Source: Macrostomum lignano (Eukaryota). From it: DNA of 64,000 nucleotides. Below are positions 48,106-60,561 of the stretch, piece after piece. The translations under genes were made by a program, and so were the position numbers. Positions within the stretch are counted from its first letter, which is position 1; each line of letters starts with the position of its first letter. The DNA is taken from positions 744,001-808,000 of the forward strand of contig NIVC01000019.1 of the NCBI GenBank assembly GCA_002269645.1, in the 5' to 3' direction. The notes beneath the pieces were generated by a model. The model did not search any database, was not told the DNA's origin, and was given only the letters and a program-made list of their open reading frames with translations.

Positions 48106-50209
48106 TGTTTTGCTGTAAGGAGGGTCCATGTGCCATAGGGCCTAGCCATAGCTGTAAGCAAAACTATGGCTTATAAGATGGCTTATAAGAGAATTCCAAT
48201 TCTCCATATTCCATAGCCATAGGCCTAGAGACCCCAATATTATTATATTCCTGTAGTTCTCATACCTGTAGCCATAGTTTTAACAAAAAGTCTAGAAAAC
48301 AAAATATTTTTAATCAAGAAAATAACCTAGTGCTTATGCAACTGCAAATTAAGTTAGAAAATAAAAAAAACACTCAATTGTTTTTATAAGATTATATTTT
48401 GTCTTTTTATAGAGCAATAATACTTAATTGCTACTGAAAGTACTAATGCTGAACTTTTTTACATTAATAAAAATTAGTTTGCTAGACTGCTAGTGTTTTA
48501 TTATACTTTATTAGGTATATTCTAAATTTGTATAAGTTTATAAGTTGATAATTTAGTTTACTAAAGTATCTTTGATTTACTCTACCTGTTTTTAATATTT
48601 TTTCAATTTTTTATATCAATAACTATAGCTATGGGAATCTACAGAATGTGACAGCAACTAGGGCCTACCATATTTCTGTAGTTGTAGCCATAAGATCAGC
48701 TAGCTACCATAGACATATCTATAGCTGCCATAGGTACCTATTTTACCATATATACCGTAGGATCCAATATCTGTAGCTATGGCTACAGCAAAACACTATT
48801 ATCTAGTTAATTGGCATTGGCTTTTTTTCAAGTTTGGTTAGTTTATTATCTACTAATAAAAAAGTTTTGTAGACTCAATTTACAGAAACGGTTGCATACA
48901 AGTATATTTAAAAACTGAAGCAAACTGTAAGATTTCAAGGCTTTGAAACATAATTTTCCTTCCTTTTTTCTCATTCTAAACTTGGGAGCAGCTGAGGATA
49001 GAGTTATGACTATAATCACAAAGATTGTTATTTTATAAGATAAAAAATGCAGTTTTGAAGGAAAATTTAAGGATAAATTAAAAGGTACCAAGACCCAAAA
49101 ACACAAAGGCACAAATATGCAAAAGATTTAAAAAGGAGATAGAAAGAAAAGAAGAATACAAGAAAACTATTTTTGTTTTTTTTAATAATCAATAATTGGT
49201 TACACATAAGTCATAAGTATAAACAAAGAGAAATGTATAAAAAGAATAGTGATTAAATAAGTTCCTTACCTTATTTACCTTGCTTGCCTATTAAAATAGG
49301 AGATATAGCTTAGTTGGCTGCAACTGAATAGAAAGCTATGCACAGAGAGCTCATTGGCTTAATATCTAATCTAGTTGCATTCCATCAACTCTTCAAGCTA
49401 CTAATAATGCAATTTGTATTATTGCTCTTAAGATTTTGTAGTATTTTTTACCTTTGAGCAGCTTGCTTATATACTAAAGGCAGTATAGACTAAAACTAGC
49501 TGAGGCTCCCTTGTGCAAGAGGTCTAACAATAAGTAGAGTTCTAGTGAGATAGAGTTCTAGATTCTTCTACAAGACAAGAAAGATAAGACATCAAAAGAT
49601 AAACATTAGGTCTGCCTCCTATTGTCCCAAAATGAAAGCTTTCTATTTATAGTATATTTTTGGTAAAAACCTACCTTCTAGAGTTTTCTAAGAACTGAGG
49701 TTTCCCATCTTTCTATTTGAGAAGCTATAAATTATAGAGATAATAAAGTGTTCACAAGTTCTGGTCACTTTGTCAACCCTCTGAGGCCCTAGACAATAGT
49801 TTTTCATATGAATGACAAATCTGTAAGTTGACAAAATATCTAGGAATGAGCCAATGTAGCCCATAGCCCATAGTCAGGAAGGTGGCCATGTGGTAAAGTG
49901 TCTACTGGAATATTTTTGGGATGATCTATATGCCACTTTTGTGCCAACAAAACTTTAATAAATAAATAACAAGAAATTATAATATGAGTAAAATAGGAAA
50001 AAATCAGGCTATGGCATAGAAAAGTGTCTATCTTGATCTAATGAACCATTTCTCTCTAAACAAAACTGCTAGTTACATAACTAGCCTCCCATGTGAGAAA
50101 TAGTATTATTCAAATGCACACTGATTGGTCTACATTTTAGTTCCTATAAATGTGCAATTGAATAATACCATTCTCCACATAGAAGGCCAGTTTCTGTTTG
50201 GATAACTAA

Positions 50210-50600
50210 TAGAGGTTGGATGGGATCCTAATCCCGATCCTGAAATCTTGGAATCCCAAGGAAAATTGGATTCCCGCGGGACTAGAATCCCAACCCTAAA
50301 AAACAGGAGAATCGGGAACAGGTCTTTTGATTAAAAATTTATAGAATTAATGATTACTTGAATGTATTTTGTTTTACCTTGTACTCATTACATTATTAAT
50401 TTGTTGGTTATAAAACTTTGCTTCAATTTTGTTGTTTTCTTTTTGATATTGACATTTTTAGCTCAATTTTGTTTAACTTTATATGGAACTACAAGCTACA
50501 ATACACTAAGACTGATCCCAATTCCCCAATCCTGATCCCAAGAAAAAAATTATTCCCAATCCCAATCCCGCCCAAAGATTTCAATCCCATCCAACCTCTA
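50210..50600. mobile_element. 391-bp hAT-type MITE
   Basis: 17-bp TIR TAGAGGTTGGATGGGAT; perfect 8-bp TSD ATAACTAA at 50202-50209 and 50601-50608. Confidence 0.9.
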
Positions 50601-51163
50601 ATAACTAAATAATAAATATTAATATTGGATAGATAAATAACTATACTAGTACATATGCAACTATTAGCTTACCTAGCCAATCTAGCCAATCTAAATTGTT
50701 ATAGACCAAGGGTATACTGCAAAACAGATAACTTTTTTTTAATAATTTGATGTTTAGAAAAAATGGCAATTTGTTTTTTTACTTTGTTTTGGGTCACAAC
50801 TGAGTTTAATTTTAGTCTTAAAGGCTGTTTCAATTAAACTAATTATGTAATAGAAATTTGGTTTTTTATTTAGGACCTGCAAGTTAAGATATTTATAAAC
50901 CAAGGCATATGTTTTTGCTTATCTAAAAATCTACTCTTTAATCATGTATCATTTTAGCTTGATATATAAATTCAACTTGAAGAAACAAAATGCCTAAAAA
51001 GTATGTGCTTAATACTGACAGTAGTAATAACAACAAATTTCCTAATTCCCATGCAACAGCAGAGCCAGGTAAGCATTTTTGTCGATTTGTTAACAGTCGT
51101 AAAATAATTTTTAAGCTATAAATAAGCACAGTTAATGCAAATTATTCAAATGAATTATTTTAG

Positions 51164-51262
51164 AACCACCTGCATCTGTGTTTACCATTTCTGATGGCGA
51201 AGTAGCAGGGTATCACATCAATCAAGACCCATTCCCTCTTGCCTCTATTGAGCTTCAGACTG
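51164..51262 (+). CDS. Probable upstream exon of the SLC6 gene
   Basis: TTTTAG| and |GTGAGC sites; 99 nt, phase 1/1, open and phase-compatible with the next exon; no family motif. Confidence 0.45.
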
Positions 51263-51623
51263 GTGAGCGCTTGAAAGATTTTGTATCTACATCATGAGTG
51301 CCAACCACCAAGACAAAGAGTGTACATGCCTAACGATTAGAAAGTCAGAGCCGCTGCCGCTGTACCCAGGGTGCCCGCCTGCCTGCCTAGCAGTAAACAT
51401 TTAGCCAGCTAGTTAACGGCCTTGAAAACATTGGGGTTAGGGCCACAGACACTTGCTGCTAAGTGCTAATGCTAGTGCTTGAGATCAGCACAAGCTACAG
51501 TCTATGGTCTTAACCTCGGGGGTTTTCGCGCTTGCGTCCAGGCGGCTAGAGTGGCTCATCTAGGAGTATATAGAATCTGTGGTTAGCACAGCACAAGTGA
51601 GGATTTACCATAGGCATGCTTGG

Positions 51624-51783
51624 GCGCAACCTCGGGATTCACTCGGCCGTTACTATTGGCAACAGACACACACATGTAAGTCGCTATTGAACGGAATAGT
51701 AGTCACGTGACTGCTCTCAGCCAATAGCGACTTACATGTATGTGTTGCCAATAGAAACGGCCGGGTGATTCCCAAGGTTGCGC
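51624..51783. repeat. 160-bp palindrome centred near AGTCACGTGACT
   Basis: Arms GCGCAACCTCGGGATTCACTCGGCCGTTACTATTGGCAAC..CATGTAAGTCGCTATTG and their near-perfect reverse complement. Confidence 0.85.
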
Positions 51784-51957
51784 ATGTATGAGTCCATAGT
51801 GCACCGACATCAGTCTTGGCCGGCTTGAAATGCGTAAAGCGGAATTGCAATGAACCAATGGTATTTTGGCCATAAACATTCTCAGTGGGCTGGCTGACTG
51901 TCACAAAATCCCTGCAAGGCTGCAATGTCCCTAATCCTTCCATTCTCTATTCGGCAG

Positions 51958-52137
51958 CGAATTCCTCCGAAGGAGCCGACGATGACGACGACAGCGAAGA
52001 CGACGAAGAAGAAGAGGAAGAGGAAGAGAAGTCCACGTGGAACGGCCGATTCGAATTCGTGCTTTCAGTGCTTGGCTATAACATTGGGCTGGGCAATCTG
52101 CTGCGGTTTCCCTACCTGTGCATAAAGAATGGCGGCG
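51958..52137 (+). CDS. SLC6 sodium:neurotransmitter/amino-acid symporter, TM1 exon
   Basis: [36 protein letters not shown]; donor G|GTGAG. Confidence 0.92.
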
Positions 52138-52365
52138 GTGAGCTTTGAATTCTATCAGTTTACATGACTGATTATTGAACAGCAGAGCTGCTCTGGGGCA
52201 AACGATTCGATTCTGTGCTCAGCCATTCAGGGCCAGCCCCCAAGGCACAGTGTACAACTGTACATGTCTGAAAATTAGAAAGTCAGGTTCGCTGTACACC
52301 CTGTGTGAGCGTAATATCCCCTATATTCTTGAATTCACGGTGTATCCCTCTTCGAAATTCCGCAG

Positions 52366-52753
52366 GTGCATTTCTGCTTCCGTACTTTCTGTTTCTCATC
52401 CTGCTAGCCGTGCCGCTGTACGTTCTGGAGATGTCGGTAGCCCAGTACAGCGGTATGACGCCTATCAGACTGTTCGGCAATATTGCCCCGATATTCAAAG
52501 GCATCGGCTGGTCCAATGTTATTACCTGCTTCGTTCTCAATATCTACTACAGCGTTGTGATTGGCTGGATCCTGTTCTACCTGGTTAATAGCTTCTACGT
52601 ACCGCTGCTTTGGTCCAGCTGTAAAAATCAATGGAAAGATGCCAACTGTTTTGAGGTGAACCGCACCGCACCTAGGCCTGAATATGTGACCAACTGTTCC
52701 GAGTACCAGCTGTTCGATAGGGCCAGGAAAACTGTCACTGAGACTTTCTACGA
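52366..52753 (+). CDS. SLC6 transporter, TM2-TM3-EL2 exon
   Basis: GAFLLPYFLFLILLAVPLYVLEMSVAQYS..PIFKGIG..NIYYSVVIGWILFYL..LLWSSCKNQW..C; canonical splice sites. Confidence 0.93.
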
Positions 52754-52834
52754 GTGAGACTGGCTGGGGGACCGCTTTAATGGCTGCTTGATGCACTTGA
52801 ATTTGTGTAGTGTACATACCTCTGATCTGATCTG

Positions 52835-54460
52835 ATCTCTATGTGATGTATTGTCTCTTATCTCATCTCTATGTGATCTATTGTCTCTGGTCTCATCTCT
52901 ATGTGATCTATTGTCTCTTATCTCATCTCTATTTGATCAATTGTCTCTTATCTCATCTCTATGTGATCTATTGTCTCTGGTCTTATCTCTGTGATCTATT
53001 GTCTTTGGTCTCATCTCTGTGATCTGTTGTCTCTGATCCCATCTCTATGTGATCTATTGTCTCTGATCTCATCTCTATGTGATCTATTGTCTCTTATCTC
53101 ATCTCTATGTGATCTATTGTCTCTGGTCTCATCTCTATGTGATCTATTGTCTCTTATCTCATCTCTATGTGATCTATTGTCTCTTATCTCATCTCTATGT
53201 GATGTATTGTCTCTGGTCTCATCTCTGTGATCTGTTGTCTCTGGTCTCATCTCTATGTGATCTATTGTCTCTGGTCTCATCTCTGTGATCTGTTGTCCCT
53301 GATCTCATCTCTGTGATGTATTGTCTCTGGTCTCATCTCTATGTGATCTATTGTCTCTTATCTCATCTCTATGTGATCTATTGTCTCTTATCTCATCTCT
53401 ATGTGATGTATTGTCTCTGATCTCATCTCTATGTGATGTATTGTCTCTGATCTCATCTCTATGTGATGTATTGTCTCTGATCTCATCTCTATGTGATGTA
53501 TTGTCTCTGGTCTCATCTCTGTGATCTGTTGTCTCTGGTCTCATCTCTATGTGATCTATTGTCTCTGGTCTCATCTCTGTGATCTGTTGTCCCTGATCTC
53601 ATCTCTGTGATGTATTGTCTCTGATCTCATCTCTATGTGATCTATTGTCTCTGATCTCACCTCTATGTGATCTATTGTCTCTGATCTCATCTCTATGTGA
53701 TGTATTGTCTCTGATCTCATCTCTGTGTGATGTATTGTCTCTGATCTCATCTCCATGTGATGTATTGTCTCTGGTCTCATCTCTGTGATCTGTTGTCTCT
53801 TATCTCATCTCTCTGTGATCTATTGTCTCTGATCTCATCTCCATGGGATTTATTGTCTCTGATCTCATCTCTGTGTGATGTATTGTCTCTGATCTCATCT
53901 CTATGTGATGTATTGTCTCTGGTCTCATCTCTGTGATCTGTTGTCTCTGGTCTCATCTCTATGTGATCTATTGTCTCTGGTCTCATCTCTGTGATCTGTT
54001 GTCCCTGATCTCATCTCTGTGATGTATTGTCTCTGATCTCATCTCTATGTGATCTATTGTCTCTGATCTCATCTCTATGTGATCTATTGTCTCTGATCTC
54101 ATCTCTATGTGATGTATTGTCTCTGATCTCATCTCTGTGTGATGTATTGTCTCTGATCTCATCTCCATGTGATGTATTGTCTCTGGTCTCATCTCTGTGA
54201 TCTGTTGTCTCTTATCTCATCTCTCTGTGATCTATTGTCTCTGATCTCATCTCCATGGGATTTATTGTCTCTGATCTCATCTCTGTGTGATGTATTGTCT
54301 CTGATCTCATCTCCATGTGATGTATTGTCTCTGATCTCATCTCTATGTGATGTATTGTCTCTGATCTCATCTCTATGTGATGTATTGTCTCTGATCTCAT
54401 CTCTATGTGATGTATTGTCTCTGATCTCATCTCCATGTGATGTATTGTCTCTGATCTCAC
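52835..54460. repeat. 30/28-bp intronic satellite (TCTCATCTCTATGTGATCTATTGTCTCTGA) with higher-order blocks
   Basis: About 55 copies; blocks recur at 206/412-bp spacing (53571, 53777, 53983, 54189). Confidence 0.95.
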
Positions 54461-54517
54461 CTACACTTTCTAGACCTACTACAATGCAGGTATGCACTCT
54501 TCGAAACTCGCCCGCAG

Positions 54518-54650
54518 AAAGTACATGCTGGACATATCTAGCGGCGTGGAACAATGGGGCGGCATACGCTGGCAAATCTTTGTCACCCTGTTGGCCGCTT
54601 GGATCATTATCTACCTGTGCGTGTTCCGCGGAATTCACTCATTTGGAAAA
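54518..54650 (+). CDS. SLC6 transporter, TM4 exon
   Basis: Acceptor CCCGCAG|A; KYMLDISSGVEQWGGIRWQIFVTLLAAWIIIYLCVFRGIHSFGK; donor GTAAGT. Confidence 0.92.
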
Positions 54651-54765
54651 GTAAGTTTCAATTTTTTCTGAGGTTAATCTCGACTATCTTCTCCCAAACT
54701 ATAGATTTTGCAATGCTCTAAATGTTAGACTACGGACGTCAGAGGTGAAAGCCTAGGCTGTATTA

Positions 54766-55731
54766 CAGGGGTAGGCAACCTCCGGCCCGCGGACCACATG
54801 CGGCCCTCAGTCTCTATCCCACCTATCGTGTCCTTTGAAACTCCACAATGGCAATCCGGCCCGCTCAAGATTTGTGTCTCTTCTCTCAGCTCTCTTCGAT
54901 CTCTAATCTCCTCTCTCCTCTCTTTTTCTCTTCCCTTCTCTTCTCTCTTCTTGCTTCTCTTCCCTTCTCTCCTTTCCTTTCCTCTCTTCTTGTCTCCTCT
55001 TCTCTTCTCTTTTCTCCTTTATTTCCTCACCTATGCTTGTCCTATTTCTCTTCTCTATTCCCTCTCCCTTTTCTCCCCATCCTCTGACCCGCAGTCTGCG
55101 CTAGGCTCTTTCTATCAGACCCTTAACCTTTTCGCGCCGGAGCTAGAAATACAAAAGCTCCGTTCCTGCCGACATGGTCAGCTGGGCTGGCCATAGACCA
55201 GGGGTCGGCAACCTCCGGAAACAATGTGAATTGTTTCATCCACAAAAGTTTTGTGCACTAAAAATGGGGAATTTCTTTCCTCAATTGCCAACTTTATTGA
55301 CAAAAATTAATGAGACACGAACTGAGTATAAGTGGCTGTTAACGAAGTCTAGACTAGACAACACATCAGTTAAAACTTGAATAAAATAGAAATAGGGGAA
55401 CTGGCGGCGAAGGAAAGTGAGATGGTGACGGGCTAAGAACGGGTGGGGTACAAATGTAGTAATGTACTATAATGTACTAAAGACCCAGGGGGCAGATTCT
55501 GGAGGGTAAAGACCCAGCAGCGCGAATTCTGGAGGGTAAAGACCCAAGGGGCGAATTCTGGAGGGTAAAGACCCAGGGAGGGCAGATTCTGGAGGGTAAA
55601 GACCCAAGGGGCGGATTCTGGAGGGTAAAGACCCAATGAGGGGGGGCGGAGTAATCGAGGGGGGCAACCTGTGGACCGTGGTCTTGAACTGAAAACCTCA
55701 TCTGGCCCTCAAGTGGAAAAAGGTTGCCGAC
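54766..55731. mobile_element. hAT-like MITE remnants (two CAGGGGTNGGCAACC left ends, one GGTTGCCGAC right end) with an internal ~31-bp repeat
   Basis: Left ends at 54766 and 55199, right end at about 55722-55731; ATTCTGGAGGGTAAAGACCC repeats at about 55495-55635. No TSD confirmed. Confidence 0.55.
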
Positions 55732-56574
55732 TGCATTTTATACTTAGCTTGTCAAATCTTTGGTCGAAAAAATTCAGTTTCAAAGTGCATTTCACTTAAT
55801 GCTCTCTGAATAGATTATGCAGTGTGTACACTCGATGTCTAGCAATAGCCACTGCAGTTCACTTTAAAATCTGCAAACAGGCTTTTTTGAAAGAGAAAGC
55901 ACTGCACCTACTTAATACGAGTAGTGCATCATTTTATTGAAAAGTAAATCAGCTACAACCATGGATGGACATTTTGCATACATCAGATTCTGAGACGATA
56001 AATAGGACTTTTTCACCATTTTTCGCTGACCATGCTCGGTAGGAACGAATAGACAAAAAATTACCAGCAGTAAAGGTTTTTGGTCCTTACCTTAGCTTAA
56101 AGTTCAGGTAAACAGTTTGCCGATCCCTGCTGTGTAGCCTCGTAGGTTGGGCCATAGACAACGCGCAGTAACATGCAATACTATATACGAGCATATTTAC
56201 TACATTACTTCATTTATCTCCGTTGCTACGGGTAAAGTTAGTTTTCTAAAACATCACGAATCTTGCATTAAAAAATGAATCGTTAATGAATTGTTTGAAT
56301 TGGCCAAGTCGAGTCCGGCTGATACCGGCGGTAACAATGTCCATTCTCAGCGACAGCAGTCCTATTCTTCGTTCTCTCCGTACATACCAGTGAGTTCTCT
56401 GAGCAGCGGGTCTGTGGCGACCAGTGCTTCAATACTAAGTTACCTTAGTGCAGCATGGACAATCCCATATTTGAGCCGAATGTTCACCTTTCTTGAAATT
56501 CGTGTAGTTTTATAATGTGTCTGTTTTTTGTCCTACCCAGTTTACAGTTTCTCAGCTATTACGTAGTTCCTCGT

Positions 56575-58337
56575 TAATAACCAATAATCAGCGAACACCC
56601 CGGCTTCCATCTTATCAATAATCAGCGGACACCCCGGCTTACCATCTTATCAATAATCAGCGGACACCCCGGCTTACCATCTTATCAATAATCAGCGGAC
56701 ACCCCGCCTTCCATCTTATCAATAATCAGCGGACACCCCGGCTTCCATCTTATCAATAATCAGTGGACACCCCGCCTTCCATCTTATCAATAATCAGCGG
56801 ACACCCCGCCTTCCATCTTATCAATAATCAGCGAACACCCCGGCTTCCATCTTATCAATAATCAGCGGACACCCCGGCTTCCATCTTATCAATAATCAGT
56901 GGACACCCCGGCTTCCATCTTATCAATAATCAGTGGACACCCCGCCTTCCATCTTATCAATAATCAGTGGACACCCCGGCTTCCATCTTATCAATAATCA
57001 GTGGACACCCCGGCTTCCATCTTATCAATAATCAGCGAACACCCCGGCTTCCATCTTATCAATAATCAGCGGACACCCCGCCTTCCATCTTATCAATAAT
57101 CAGCGGACACCCCGGCTTCCATCTTATCAATAATCAGTGGACACCCTGCCTTCCATCTTATCAATAATCAGTGGACACCCCGGCTTCCATCTTATCAATA
57201 ATCAACGGACACCCCCCCGGCTTCCATCTTATCAATAATCAGCGGACACCCCACCTTCCATCTTATCAATAATCAGCGGACACCCCGCCTTCCATCTTAT
57301 CAATAATCAGCGGACACCCCGCCTTCCATCTTATCAATAAAAATCGGACACCCCGCCTTCCATCTTATCAATAATCAGTGGACACCCCGGCTTCCATCTT
57401 ATCAATAATCAGCGGACACCCCACCTTCCATCTTATCAATAATCAGCGGACACCCCGCCTTCCATCTTATCAATAATCAGTGGACACCCCGGCTTCCATC
57501 TTATCAATAATCAGTGGACACCCCGGCTTCCATCTTATCAATAATCAGCGAACACCCCGGCTTCCATCTTATCAATAATCAGCGGACACCCCGCCTTCCA
57601 TCTTATCAATAATCAGTGGACACCCCGCCTTCCATCTTATCAATAATCGGCGGACACCCCGGCTTCCATCTTATCAATAATCAGTGGACACCCCGCCTTC
57701 CATCTTTTCAATAATCAGCGGACACCCCGGCTTCCATCTTATCAATAATCAACGGACGCCCCGCTTACCATCTTATCAATAATCAGCAGACACCCTGCCT
57801 TCCATCTTATCAATAACCAGCGGACACCCTGCCTTCCATCTTATCAATAATCAGCGGACACCCCCCCGCCTTCCATCTTATCAATAATCAGCGGACACCC
57901 CGGCTTCCATCTTATCAATAATCAACGGACACCCCCCCGCCTTCCATCTTATCAATAATCAGCGGACACCCCGGCTTCCATCTTATCAATAACCAGTGGA
58001 CACCCTGCCTTCCATCTTATCAATAATCAGCGGACACCCTGCCTTCCATCTTATCAATAATCAGCGGACACCCTGCCTTCATCTTATCAATAATCAGCGG
58101 ACACCCCGCCTTCCATCTTATCAATAATCAGCGGACACCCCGCCTTCCATCTTATCAATAATCAACGGACGCCCCGCTTACCATCTTATCAATAATCAGC
58201 GGACACCCCGCCTTCCATCTTATCAATAACCAGCGGACACCCTGCCTTCCATCTTATCAATAATCAGCGGACACCCCGCCTTCCATCTTATCAATAATCA
58301 GCGGACACCCTGCCTTCCATCTTATCAATAATCAGCG
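56575..58337. repeat. 34-bp intronic satellite (ATCAATAATCAGCGGACACCCCGCCTTCCATCTT)
   Basis: About 51 copies in the SLC6 intron 54651-58460. Confidence 0.95.
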
Positions 58338-58460
58338 CATACCGCAACCCTTAGTGGACACTACTCTAACCATCAGCGGCAACCCCATTGCTCTTAGTCA
58401 GATCAATCTAATAGAACTAAGCACTAACAATACTTACTCCCCACTAAACACAATGGCCAG

Positions 58461-58937
58461 GTTGTGTACCTCACCGTGCTGTTTCCCTACGTGGCGCTCA
58501 CCACCCTGCTGATCCGAGGCGTGCTTTTGCCGGGCAGCCGGGAGGGCATTCTGTACTATCTCACGCCCGACTGGCCAAGGCTGGCCACCCTGACGCCTTG
58601 GATTGACGCGGCCCAGCAGATCTTCTGGAGCCTCGGGCCAACCTGGGGCGCGCTGATCATGCTGGCCAGTCACAATCGGTTTTCTAACAATATTTATCGG
58701 GACGCTATTGTCACGCCCATTGTCTGCTCCATGACGGCATTCCTTGGCGGCTTCGCCATATTCGCCTATTTAGGCAACATGGCCTGGAAACTGAACACTG
58801 GCATTGACTGCATCTTCAAGTCCGGGCCAACTATGGCTTTTATTGTCTATCCGGATGCTGTGCTGAACCTGCCGTTTCCGCAGATCTGGTCTGTGATTTT
58901 CTTCATCCTACTGCTCACGCTTGCCGTTGACAGTGAG
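58461..58937 (+). CDS. SLC6 transporter, TM5-TM8 exon
   Basis: VVYLTVLFPY..GVLLPGSREGILYYLTPDW..WIDAAQQIFWSLG..ASHNRFSNNIYRDA..GPTMAFIVYPDA..PQIWSVIFFILLLTLAVDSE; 159 codons. Confidence 0.95.
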
Positions 58938-58949
58938 GTGAGTGAGAAA

Positions 58950-59370
58950 AAAGACTTGCTTGGAAAGCGGGATCATACAGAACAAAGACTTGCTTGGAAA
59001 GCGGGATCATACAGAACAAAGACCTGCTTGGAAAGCGGGATCATACAGAACAAAGACTTGCTTGGAAAGCGGGATCATACAGAACAAAGACCTGCTTGGA
59101 AAGCGGGATCCTACAGAACAAAGAGTTGCTTGGAAAGCGGGATCATACAGAACAAAGAGTTGCTTGGAAAGCGGGATCCTACAGAACAAAGACTTGCTTG
59201 GAAAGCGGGATCATACAGAACAAAGACTTGCTTGGAAAGCGGGATCATACAGAACAAAGACTTGCTTGGAAAGCGGGATCCTACAGAACAAAGACTTGCT
59301 TGGGAAGCGGGATCTTGCAAAATAAAGAGTTGCTTGGGAAGCGGGATTATACGTAACAAAGACTTGCTTG
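58950..59370. repeat. 34-bp intronic minisatellite (AAAGACTTGCTTGGAAAGCGGGATCATACAGAAC)
   Basis: About 12 copies, starting just after the donor site. Confidence 0.93.
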
Positions 59371-59605
59371 GAAACCGGCTAATTTTAAACAAAGACTACA
59401 TGTACTTCAAGAATCAGCTAAGATTGAGTTGAAAAATTTAAATAACAAAGACTTTTCTTGAGGATATTATGAATAAAGAACAAAGGCTAACTTATTAGGA
59501 TTAAGATAAAGATTGTGAAAGAAAGACTAGCTCACGGTAACTAGTCTATCATAAACGTAGACCCATCGAACTGTTTCGAACTTAACAACGCCCTTCCTTG
59601 GCCAG

Positions 59606-59734
59606 TTCTGCACATTCGAAACCATGTACCAGTGCCTGGCCGACGAATTTCGCATATTGAAACGACGCCAATGGCTATCCAAGCTAATTATGACTATTGT
59701 ATCACTACTGCTAGGCCTGCCTATGACTACTAAT
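59606..59734 (+). CDS. SLC6 transporter, TM8-TM9 exon
   Basis: FCTFETMYQCLADEF..LLGLPMTTN; CCAG| and |GTAAGT sites, phase 0. Confidence 0.88.
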
Positions 59735-59828
59735 GTAAGTAGCGTGCTGCAGTTTTGAATTGGCAAAATAAGTAATTGCTTTAGTTTGATTCTCATTGAC
59801 CGCACTCGATATGCTTTCATGCTCGCAG

Positions 59829-59925
59829 GCGGCGCACTATATCTATCAGCTGATGGACTGGTACCACGTGACCCTGCTGTCCTTTGTGGCTCTGGTAGAG
59901 GTCATCTGCTTTGCCTACGTTTATG
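59829..59925 (+). CDS. SLC6 transporter, TM10 exon
   Basis: AAHYIYQLMDWYHVTLLSFVALVEVICFAYVY; canonical sites. Confidence 0.88.
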
Positions 59926-60001
59926 GTAATTTAAATTCCAGCTTTGTTTAACTTGAATTCATCAGCTTAAATTAAAATTTATTACTGTTTGTTTTGTACA
60001 G

Positions 60002-60102
60002 GTAGTCAAAGGATTCGCAAAGACGTTGAAGTGATGACTGGCATTAAAATGACAAAGGCGTGGGACTTTTACTGGCGCATACCGCTGCTGGCTATTCTGG
60101 CT
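60002..60102 (+). CDS. SLC6 transporter, TM11 exon
   Basis: (G)SQRIRKDVEVMTG..WDFYWRIPLLAILA; phase 1 to phase 0. Confidence 0.85.
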
Positions 60103-60279
60103 GTGAGATTTTTAGAATTCTATTTTTCATGGCTTTTCTTATTTGCCTACCTATAGTAGAAATATTGTATTCAACACTTTATCTTTACTTTGTGCTGCTC
60201 ATTTTTTGTCAAGAATCAGTAGTATCATCAGGGAAATTTGTTTTAAAAATGTAAAAAATGCATTCCATTGTTAATCCAG

Positions 60280-60468
60280 GGCCTGTTGATTATGACTTTG
60301 GTCAGTCATAAGGCACCAACTTACGGCAATTACCAATATCCGCCCGGCGCCATTGTGTTCGGCTGGGTCCTGGCTGCCACCGTGGTCATTCCGCTGCCTG
60401 TCTTTGCTATTCATAGCCTGTTACAGCAGGCCTATTGTCCGCCTGTCAAGTACAACAGCAAAACCGAG
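60280..60468 (+). CDS. SLC6 transporter, TM12 exon
   Basis: PTYGNYQYPPGAIVFGWVLA..IPLPVFAI; donor GAG|GTTTGT. Confidence 0.88.
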
Positions 60469-60561
60469 GTTTGTGACCGTTTGTGTTATACTTGTTGTCA
60501 TTGTTCCGGAAAGGGGGGGGCAATTGATGAGGCTTGATTTCTTGTTTCTGTCATCACCTTC

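Noticed and set aside
49300-49800. Possible decayed MULE-type transposase C-terminus on the minus strand (GGRPNVYLL..)
   Set aside because: Only a vague motif impression amid many stops; it cannot be supported without a profile search.
56575-58337. CRISPR-like appearance of the 28-34-bp arrays
   Set aside because: The units are head-to-tail with no unique spacers, in a eukaryotic intron, and there are no cas genes.
58938-59432. Long repetitive C-terminal extension of the SLC6 ORF 58464-59432
   Set aside because: The donor GAG|GTGAGT at 58937 and the downstream TM9-12 exons show this is an intronic 34-bp repeat.
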